Source of the DNA: Sinorhizobium meliloti
Lineage (GTDB): Bacteria; Pseudomonadota; Alphaproteobacteria; Rhizobiales; Rhizobiaceae
Assembly: GCF_017876815.1 (NCBI RefSeq)
Contig: NZ_JAGIOS010000003.1
Span: 1,260,001-1,292,000 of the forward strand
DNA length: 32,000 bases
Reading direction: 5' to 3'
A model generated the notes under the pieces. It searched no databases and was not told the origin of the DNA. It saw only the letters and a list, made by a program, of their open reading frames with translations. This document shows, one piece after another, positions 7,377 through 15,237 of the stretch; position 1 is the first letter of the stretch; every line of letters starts with the position of its first letter. Made by a program: the position numbers and the translations under genes.

Positions 7377-9043
7377 TTAGCTCGCCATCATGACGAGCTG
7401 CGACAAAGGCGGTATTGGCCGTATTGAGCTTACAAAGCCGAGGCGATCTCCCAAAAAATGATAGAATGAAATACCAAGCTTTTGGCAGCTCTTCATCAGC
7501 CCGAGCATGACGTCGCGGGCAATCCGGCCGTTAAGGCTTATGGTGCCGCCGGAGATCTTTCGCCTGGTGACGAAGGAACGAATATCGTTCTCGGACGCGT
7601 TGGTGTGCAGTGGAATATACGGGTGTTCGAGCACCTTGAGCAGTTCAGCCTTTCGTCGATGGAGGCGCAAGAGCAGCTTGTCGAGCGCCGCATAGCCGGT
7701 ACGTCGCGCGAATATTTTGTCGAACCTGCGCCGAAACCCGGTGATCAAATGCGGTGAAGGCCGTTGTTTCCAGACCTTCAGCGCCTTGTAAAAGCGCCAG
7801 ACGAGATCGCGGGTCGTCGTGACCAGCCGTTCCTGTTTCGGCGTCGCCGGCATCAGTTTCTGCAGCAGGCGTTCCGCATGGATCCAGCACAGGGCGTGGT
7901 TGGCGACACGGAATTGACCCGCATCGTCCGAAACGATCACCGTGTTGCCGAGCAGGCCGTGATGGCGGATGGCGCCCCAGATCGCCGCCTCCGCAACAGG
8001 ACGAAGAAGCTGTCGGTCGAGGATATCGATGTCCTTGCTGGCCAAATGCTCGAGGAACGCGACCTGATCGGTGAAACTGCAGGGGGTTCGGTCTTGAGCC
8101 TGGCCATGATCGCGTGCTCGACGCCCTGCGCCTTCAGCCAGTTCATCGCCTCGTCATTGAGAACATAGTCCTGATGACCCGCCCGCAGGACGGACAGGAA
8201 ATTAAGCCGCGACTTCGACAGGCTGGTTCGAAAGGTCGAAAAGCGCTCGCCGCCAATCTGGGAGGTGAAGGCATTGCGCCGATTGTGCCGCGCACCGGTA
8301 TCGTCGACCGTGATGAACGGCGCCGAGACCAGCCCAGCATGGAGAACCGCACTGTCTTCCTCGACGAACTGCTCAAGGTCGGTGGTGAGTAGCCGGACGA
8401 CCTGCCACTTCGAGATCTCGACGCCGATGCTGTTGAGGATCGCGGTCAGGCGCGGCGTCGTGATCTGCCCCTGGGCATGCAGCGCCAGGCAGGCGCGGCG
8501 CAGGTTCCGACCAAAGCCGCTGGAGACCCCTTCTGGCAAAGGCGCGATGATCACCTTGCCCTCTGGTGTCAGCCAACGTTCGCGTCGGTAGTTCACAAGT
8601 TCGGCCGCAAGCACCAGATCGCGCACGAAAAAGCTCTTGTAGCCTTTGAACCGAGAGCCTTCCGGCGCGTCTGCCCTCAGTGTCACGGTGCGCGTGATCC
8701 GGTTCGTGTCACGCTTGGGACCGCGTGGCGATTTACCAGCCGCACGATCACCGTTACCGGGTTCTGTCGCCTTCTCCATACCCGACGGTCGAAACGGCGG
8801 ACGCGGCGGCAGGTTCTTCAGGCGGGCAATCTCGTCGCGCAGCTGTTGGTTCTCAGCCTTGAGACGGGCTTTGTCGAGCCGAAGTTGGGCATTGTCTTCC
8901 CGCAAGGCTTCATTCTCGGATCGCAGCGTTGCGACCTCTGCCTTGAGCGCGTGCAGTTCCTCGACAAGGCCACCGACGAGGCGGCGCATCGCGAGCAGCG
9001 ACAGCGTCTCAACATGCTCGACCGAGGGCAGCCGCTTCTTCAT
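7377..9043 (-). pseudogene. IS66-family (TnpC-like) DDE transposase, interrupted by one frameshift
   Basis: The N-terminus is a leucine-zipper/coiled coil (LKAEVATLRSENEALREDNAQLRLDKARLKAENQQLRDEIARLKNLPPRPP). Downstream motifs are FITVDDTGARH, HALCWIHAERLL and HTNASENDIRSFVTRRKISGGT. The frames 9043-~8080 and ~8090-7377 fuse if one C is added to the C5 run, which appears as G5 at 8082-8086 on the plus strand. Confidence 0.8.
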
Positions 9044-9176
9044 GGCTGGAGGGAATCATGATTTCCCCACTCGGCGGAATCAGGCCAACGCACTTTGGAG
9101 TCAAGCCCGAGCATTATGCACAACTAACTGAAGGTCGCGCTCTGTCAGCGCGTGCCACCCAATTTGCCCCACGTAC

Positions 9177-9770
9177 CTCCGAGGGGATTTGCGGTCAGCA
9201 CGACCTACCCAGTGGAAACGCGAGCTAGCGGCCAGTCTGCGGGCACGGCAAAATTTCCTAGTTTCCTGAGTTTCCGGAGCGGAGCCGCGCAGATGTCTCT
9301 GCCGCAGCTGCATCCGGGCTCCAAATGTCCAATTGGCTTCGGCGCCGGCTGCGATGATCATGATGGGGTAACGAACTCGTCGCGAAATGCGTCTAAGCGT
9401 GGAGCGATCTTCGGAGCTCATCGCTGCGACCCCGCAGGGATGCGTGTGCCAATCCCCTAGACTATAGACTAGGATAGTCGAGGTCGCCCTGGGTTTTCCT
9501 GAAAGCTTCACTGATCTGTCCGACTTGCCAGGAATGGTCTAGGATGAACGCGTGGCGGTCGTGAAGCGCCCTATGGCCAGCACCCAGCACATCAACGACA
9601 AATCGGTCCGCGCCATCCCTCCAGCCGAGGGGGACGCCGCCGGTTTCAGGGGAAAGAACGCGGTGGCCTGGGCAATCATTGATGCGACCGCGTCTTGTCC
9701 GAGCCAGATCGTCACCCGTGTGACGCTCCGCAATAACGGGGAATGCGGCTCCACCGTCTCGGAACGCCAT
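9177..9770 (-). pseudogene. JAB/MPN+ (Mov34 family) metalloprotease gene, frameshifted by a 7-bp tandem duplication, with its 3' end abutting the IS66-like element
   Basis: The upstream frame reads ...SPETGGVPLGW...FILDHSWQVG...QGDLDYPSL and then stops. The downstream frame reads LGDWHTHPCGVAAMSSEDRS, which is the JAMM motif HxHx7SxxD. TAGACTA-TAGACTA lies at 9458-9471. The start at 9770 (MAFRDGG) or 9836 is uncertain. Confidence 0.65.
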
Positions 9771-9912
9771 TGCAAAGCCAGCGGTCGCAGTCGCTTTGTC
9801 TCTAGTAAGGCTTAGGGGTAACGTTGCGCATGGCAAAGAGTTCTCGGCTCGACGGAAAGAAGGATGATCCGAGGGGTTTCAACCCGCTTTGACTTGAAGT
9901 CGCTCCGGCGCA

Positions 9913-11334
9913 TCACTGGCGAGGGGGAGGATCGGGCTGAACGGCTCCGCCGACGATAACTTCCGCGCCAAACGGACTTGCGGTGGAACACATGGGCGTT
10001 GACACAAAATCACGGACGCCTTCGACTCGACAGACGCGAGGCGTCGGTCCTTGCAGTGCGCCCTCCTTGCATGCGCGGCAAAGACGCGTGAATGCGGCCT
10101 CCAATTGCAGCGAGTAATCCAACGCGGTCGCGCCACCCCATCCATGACCCGGTACCGATTCCGATGGGATCGTGAGATTGCCGCCGATCACGTTAGTCAG
10201 ATACTTCATGCGCAGATCGTCCCGTACAGTTTTGTCGCTAAGCGTGGTGAGGTTGTATTTGGAGGCGCTGGGCACGATGCCGAGCACCTTGGATCGCGGC
10301 CATTGCGCCAACGCGTGACATGACATGCACGAAGAGCGCAGATTATCGGCCGGACCGTTCAGCCGCCCCTGAAATCCCGGCCAGGGACGTTCACTCCAAG
10401 TCTGATTGGAGCCACGCCAGACGACCCCGGCAAGATCCTGGTTCAGTTGCGTCTCTGCGAGCGCGGCGAACGCGTCACGAGATTGGGCGGCAGCCTCCGG
10501 GTCATTACCCCACATCAATCCAACTGGAACAAGGTTCTGAAACAAGCCATCGCCCACCTTTGGGCCTTTCCATACGAAGGTTCCAAAGACCCATTTGGTC
10601 GCCGATCGCGGATCCTTAACTGCAATATCGACCTGAAGAAGACGAAGCTTTTGCTCTCCTCGTCCACCACCCGTCGCCTTGTCGATAAATGCGAGGACCT
10701 CGGGAGCGCCATCCAAATATGGAACCTGCTCCTTCGTCGCATTCGTGAACAGGAGTTTGAACGAAGCAGTCTGATCAGGGAAGGTCCAGTTAGCGGTTGG
10801 AATGAATGGATCGCAGGGTTGAGCGAAGACCTGCGAGAGGGCGTACGCGCCTTCCTGGTTGTAGAATCCCACAGCCCATACCTGCAAACCGCCGGGAGAT
10901 CCGGGGGCCAAATCTCCTGAATCGGGCCCGCGCTCCTTGGTGAGTCCGAGATTTCGTTCACGTCCGTTCAGAGTGTAATCCATCCATGGTGAAATCCACC
11001 ATTGAGCGTCGCTTTGCATCCGAATCATATTGTCCTCGATCACGAGGTCGCTAATCTTCACCTCACTCAGAACAGCAGCCATGTAAGTTCGCCAGTCGCC
11101 GAGTTCTGTATCAGACCAGGCATGGCTGATATTCGGTGGCAGCGACGTTGGTAGATCCGTACGCCACGGAACATCGATCCGCTTGGTTTGGGGGTTGTAG
11201 GCCGTGCTTCGATCCGTCGCCATCCGGGCACAGAACGAAAGCGGCTTTGCATGCCCCGTCGCCAGATTCATGGTCCCTACCGTCGCAAAGATTATCGCGG
11301 TACCTAAGCAGCAGGCACTGATGCTGAAGCGCAT
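9913..11334 (-). CDS. Secreted protein of unknown family with a single CxxCH heme-c-type motif
   Basis: A GGAGAG RBS precedes the ATG at 11334. The Sec-type signal peptide is MRFSISACCLGTAIIFATVGTMNLATGHA. The motif NLRSSCMSCHALAQWP (CxxCH) lies in the C-terminal third. A TTG at 11370 is an alternative start. Confidence 0.7.
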   Translation of the reverse strand: MRFSISACCLGTAIIFATVGTMNLATGHAKPLSFCARMATDRSTAYNPQTKRIDVPWRTDLPTSLPPNISHAWSDTELGDWRTYMAAVLSEVKISDLVIEDNMIRMQSDAQWWISPWMDYTLNGRERNLGLTKERGPDSGDLAPGSPGGLQVWAVGFYNQEGAYALSQVFAQPCDPFIPTANWTFPDQTASFKLLFTNATKEQVPYLDGAPEVLAFIDKATGGGRGEQKLRLLQVDIAVKDPRSATKWVFGTFVWKGPKVGDGLFQNLVPVGLMWGNDPEAAAQSRDAFAALAETQLNQDLAGVVWRGSNQTWSERPWPGFQGRLNGPADNLRSSCMSCHALAQWPRSKVLGIVPSASKYNLTTLSDKTVRDDLRMKYLTNVIGGNLTIPSESVPGHGWGGATALDYSLQLEAAFTRLCRACKEGALQGPTPRVCRVEGVRDFVSTPMCSTASPFGAEVIVGGAVQPDPPPRQ

Positions 11335-11371
11335 TTTTCTCTCCGAGACGATTAGAGGAGATTTGCCCAAA

Positions 11372-12472
11372 TCATGAGAATGACCCTGCGTGCGCGAGGG
11401 CGTTTTCCGATGAACACCGTCGTGTCCAGAATCCTGTCTTAAACCGATCGCGCCCCGCGCGGTACGAGCTGAGACGCTGAGCCAGGTAGCGTTGATAGGA
11501 AGCCCGTGATTTTTGTTCGAGGAGCGCTAGCTTATCCGGACGTGTGTCGAGCGCTATCGAGATTTCTTCTGCCATGCGGATAGCTGACCAAAGTCCGCGC
11601 CCTGCAAGCGGATCAAAGCTCGCCTGGGCATCGCCCAGTCTGAGGGAGGTGGGATCAACTTTCAGGGGCAACCAACGACAAGGAATGGGGATCGCTTGGA
11701 ACGCGATAGGCTGCGACAACTTGGTGACCAAGCTTGCAACACGGTCTGTGGCGTCTAGGACTCTCGAGACAATGGCGCGTGGCGTTTCACCAGCCAGCGA
11801 TTCCGCGTCAGTGATCACACCTAAGCACGCAAGGTTGTCAGGGCCGACTATCCCATAGGCCCATCCGTCCGCGGCAGCTTCAATTAGCAAGCGTGTGTCG
11901 AGCGAGTCGTCGACACCATCTATCCTGCCAAACGTGACGAGCGCGATAAGTCTGTCATTATAGCCGGTCGCGGACCGCAGACCTGACCGACTGTTGACGC
12001 ACCCCGACGCCAGAATTCGCCAGCTGACTTCATGCTGTGCTGCCGAGGCGAGCGTCCCAGTGTTTTCCGACAAGACTGGCTGCTCGTTGTCCGAAGCAAA
12101 TGTGACGCCCGCCTTCGCGACGTGGTCCCGAAGCAGAACTTCAAAGCTGGCGCGATCGACCGCCCATGCGGAGCCGAATGGTCCAGTCAGGTAATCATGG
12201 CAGTGGGCGTCGTCGGTATCCCACCGACACCAACTTCCTGGACATGGCCTAGCAACAGTGTGGATTTCGTGGGGGGAAAGTCCGAGCCTGAGCAAAACCG
12301 AGAGGGCAGAAGCTCCAAGGACATCGATACGGGACTGGCGGGATTGGCGTCTCGACGGGTTGATGAGCCTGACCCCCCAGCCGCGTTGTGCCAATGCCAT
12401 GGCCGCCACCAAAGCTGCAGGTCCATCGCCGACAATGTCCGCCTTAGATGTGGCGTGGGCGGCGATGTTCAT
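11372..12472 (-). CDS. LodB/GoxB-like FAD-dependent flavoprotein, expected to be the cofactor-maturation partner of the LodA-family oxidase
   Basis: This is a 366-aa ORF. Its N-terminal dinucleotide-binding motif is DIVGDGPAALVAAMALAQRGWGVRLI. Its start overlaps the stop of the LodA-like gene (ATGA at 12469-12472), which reproduces the canonical lodA-lodB order. Confidence 0.7.
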   Translation of the reverse strand: MNIAAHATSKADIVGDGPAALVAAMALAQRGWGVRLINPSRRQSRQSRIDVLGASALSVLLRLGLSPHEIHTVARPCPGSWCRWDTDDAHCHDYLTGPFGSAWAVDRASFEVLLRDHVAKAGVTFASDNEQPVLSENTGTLASAAQHEVSWRILASGCVNSRSGLRSATGYNDRLIALVTFGRIDGVDDSLDTRLLIEAAADGWAYGIVGPDNLACLGVITDAESLAGETPRAIVSRVLDATDRVASLVTKLSQPIAFQAIPIPCRWLPLKVDPTSLRLGDAQASFDPLAGRGLWSAIRMAEEISIALDTRPDKLALLEQKSRASYQRYLAQRLSSYRAGRDRFKTGFWTRRCSSENALAHAGSFS

Positions 12473-14412
12473 TGACCAAACCTCATTTTGCGAACCGCAA
12501 TGCGATCGGCCTCGTTGGAGAAGCCCGCCGCCCGTGCTCGCAAATCCGCTGCCGACAAGGTCACCAGTGGTGGAGCGGGAGCCCTAATGACACCATCAGC
12601 ACCAGCGCCGGAGACCTTGTTTTTGGTGCCAGGATGTGTTTCCACATAGATGATCGACGGGATCTGGTCGTCTCCTGCAACGCTCGGATAAGCCTCGACT
12701 ACACCCATGTTCCCGTATTGATGAACGAGATATTCTCCCCAGTCCTGACCTGGGCTATTGAGTGGCGCAAACCAACTCCTCCGTTGGTTGAACGCGTTCA
12801 GCCGTTCCTCCCTCGGAAGTGAGGGGTTGATGACTTTCAGGTAGTTCTCATGGGCGAGCACGTGGTTGGGAACCCGTGAGGGCCAGAAGCTTGGCGCATC
12901 GAATGCCAGGCCATCCTCATACCCTGCGAGGCAACCACCAGTGTCTATCTGCCATGGGAGCAGCATCCATCTGGATAAGGCACCCGGGTGCTGACCGTGC
13001 AGAGGTCCCGTCGAACCGAGCGCCGTGCCGACGTCCAGATGCGTACCGTACTCAGGTTCCGGCTTGGTAGCGCGCGCGATGCGGAATGCCTTTGAATAGA
13101 TCGACAGATGGCGCATTGGCCAGGTCAGCTCAATCCCCGGATGAAACGCGTCCGCCGCACAGAACTCCAGCGCCGCGCGATCCAGCGCGGCCGGCTGATC
13201 GCCGAGTGGATGCTGACCGATGGAGGACGGGGAAGGTGGGAGCGTGCCCCAATCGGCAATGAAATTGCCTTCGCTCCAGGCCTTGAGATAGCGCAAACGC
13301 TCGCCGCCTAGAGCGAGGTTCTGGTAGCGGTCGCTGTCGGGTCCCGTCCCGTAGGAATCTCCATAGAGCCATGGCCACGCAGCTGGATCGGAGACGTGAT
13401 CTGTTTGCTCGCGAAACATCTTGAAAATCGCCATGCGCAGCGGTTTGAACACGTCGACTGCGGCGCCGCCATGAAGATGATTTATCTGGTCGATTCTGTC
13501 CTCGTCCAGAAAATCGAACGGTGCAGTATGGCCGAAAACGGCGGCGAACGCCTTGTTGACCCACTGAAGGCCGCTCAAGCGAGCGAGAATGGGGTAAATG
13601 TCCTCCGTGAACGAGATCGTTGACTTCTGGGGAAGCCAATCCGCCTCCACAAAAAGATCTACAAGCAGGTCATATAGCGTCCGCCACGATTTGAGATCGG
13701 GGGCGTAGTTCGGAGGGGCGGAGACGACCCATGCTCCCTCGGTTGGTATCTCGTTGCCGTTGACGCGCACGGTTGCGTCGACGGGCCCGTCGGCGATGTC
13801 GTCATGCCAATCTTCCGCGTTGCCGAATGCGTCATTGTCTGAGTCGACGTAAGGTGGGGCGCCACTGGGCGAACTCGATACGCCATGACCACCAAGGAAA
13901 AGCAGACGCCCTTCCGCGGTTGTTCGGAGCTCACCGAGGTCTACGGCCACGCCCTTAAATGTACCCGTATCAAAGTGATGAGCTTCCGAACCGGCCTGAT
14001 TGCGGCCCGATATACAACGGCTGCCTGGATCGATCACAAGTTTGCGACGTTCATCAGGATCCAGGATCTTGGGATTTCGGCGTTCGACGATCGTATCCTT
14101 GAGCGTGTCCAAGTCCATCGCGTGTCGGAATTTGAACCAGGCGGCCTTGGCGTTCGCAACGTGAACGTTCCAGACGATATCGGCATTATCAGCGGTCAAT
14201 TCGGCAACAACATTGTCATCCTTGTCGTATCCATAGATACGGAACTCCACAGCTTCACGCTTGAGATGACCGCTCCTATCATGGGAGGTGTCGACTGGCC
14301 TCGGCGGGGGGGTGGCAACTTGCGGCGCCAGCAGATACTCATCCTGGCTGCTGCCGAGCCGGGCAATACCAATAGCCGGGTGTATTGACGCCCGGACGAT
14401 CCTGTTGACCAT
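12469..14412 (-). CDS. LodA/GoxA-family quinoprotein amino-acid oxidase, of the cysteine tryptophylquinone-dependent type
   Basis: A GAGGGG RBS precedes the ATG at 14412. The N-terminus MVNRIVRASIHPAIGIARLGSS matches the hallmark LodA N-terminal motif I-H-P-x-I-G-I-A-R-[VL]-G. The product is about 647 aa. Candidate cofactor residues are the Cys in LEFCAADAFHPGIELTW and the Trp in LLPWQIDTGGC. A LodB-like gene follows. Confidence 0.8.
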   Translation of the reverse strand: MVNRIVRASIHPAIGIARLGSSQDEYLLAPQVATPPPRPVDTSHDRSGHLKREAVEFRIYGYDKDDNVVAELTADNADIVWNVHVANAKAAWFKFRHAMDLDTLKDTIVERRNPKILDPDERRKLVIDPGSRCISGRNQAGSEAHHFDTGTFKGVAVDLGELRTTAEGRLLFLGGHGVSSSPSGAPPYVDSDNDAFGNAEDWHDDIADGPVDATVRVNGNEIPTEGAWVVSAPPNYAPDLKSWRTLYDLLVDLFVEADWLPQKSTISFTEDIYPILARLSGLQWVNKAFAAVFGHTAPFDFLDEDRIDQINHLHGGAAVDVFKPLRMAIFKMFREQTDHVSDPAAWPWLYGDSYGTGPDSDRYQNLALGGERLRYLKAWSEGNFIADWGTLPPSPSSIGQHPLGDQPAALDRAALEFCAADAFHPGIELTWPMRHLSIYSKAFRIARATKPEPEYGTHLDVGTALGSTGPLHGQHPGALSRWMLLPWQIDTGGCLAGYEDGLAFDAPSFWPSRVPNHVLAHENYLKVINPSLPREERLNAFNQRRSWFAPLNSPGQDWGEYLVHQYGNMGVVEAYPSVAGDDQIPSIIYVETHPGTKNKVSGAGADGVIRAPAPPLVTLSAADLRARAAGFSNEADRIAVRKMRFGQ

Positions 14413-14458
14413 GCTATTCCCCTCACGTCGATGTCTTGCAGCCGTTTTACAATTGCAA

Positions 14459-15185
14459 TTACTTCCCGAATTCGCGCCGCTCATGAAAGACCTCGACCGT
14501 CTCCAGGCCGTAGCTGCGTAGGACGCGTACACTTGATGTCGACGTCAGCCGCGTTTGGTCGCTCCAGGCCGGCAGCCATCGTATGCCAGCGTGTGTCGCC
14601 TTCCGGAACTTGCTCACCAGTTCGAGGCCGGGAACATCATATACCCCTTTCCGGCGATGCTTGTCCTGGACGGGCTCTGGGTCAGTATAGCGAATGCCCA
14701 AAGTCCGTGCGAAGGATTGGTGCAGAAATGAATTCCACGTTGAATTCGTTTCCGTCCGGTAGAACCGGAAAATCGCTGCCTCCGGAAACAGGAGAGGCAC
14801 GCTTGAGCCCAACCGTCAGGGGGCCCAAGGGAGGCGAGGGGAGAAGGAAATTCAAACTTAGGGCGGCGTCACGACGTTGTTCGGTGAGCGACGGATGCTG
14901 GCTTGATCGAAGCGAGATCTCGTTCGCCGAAATGACGTATGTGCGCGGGGCGCCGGGACCTGGCGATATCACTATTTCGCCGCGCACGCGCAGATTTGAA
15001 GAAAGACCGCGCGGTTCGACATAGACGCGCAGCACAGTGCCCTTACCTGCGATCAGCCTGACATCGTGAGCCACATTCTGGATCGCGCGCGTCGCTTCAA
15101 AGCCCAGAATCCGGAGCCCCGCTTGCACGGGGCCGGCGGATATCTTCCAGCGGCGGCGGGCTGTCGGAACGTCGATGAAAACCAT
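14459..15185 (-). pseudogene. Unknown gene between the catalase-like and LodA-like genes, apparently frameshifted near 14690-14730
   Basis: An AAGGGG RBS precedes the ATG at 15185. Frame A (167 aa, MVFIDVPTARRRWKISAGP...LIAGKGTVLRVYVEPRG...) stops at 14682. The +1 frame continues ...TLGIRYTDPEPVQDKHRRKGVYDVPGLELVSKFRK... to 14459, 46 nt before the LodA start. This fills an otherwise unexplained gap of about 270 nt. Confidence 0.45.
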
Positions 15186-15237
15186 TTCAGCAGCCCCTTT
15201 CTGTCATGGCAGGTGCAAGCGTTTGTCTTGTCGCGGC

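Larger units (their letters stand above)
6941..9176. mobile_element. IS66-family-like insertion sequence, about 2.2 kb
   Basis: The terminal inverted repeats are GTACGTGGGGCAAATCGGGTGGC (6941-6963) and the reverse complement of GCCACCCAATTTGCCCCACGTAC (9154-9176), matching at 22 of 23 positions. They enclose an IS66 TnpC-like transposase gene. I found no flanking target-site duplication. Confidence 0.7.

Noticed and set aside
13130-13639. A 169-aa alternative-frame ORF inside the LodA-like gene
   Set aside because: It is Arg/Ser-rich, on the same strand but out of frame, and lies inside a gene with strong family motifs.
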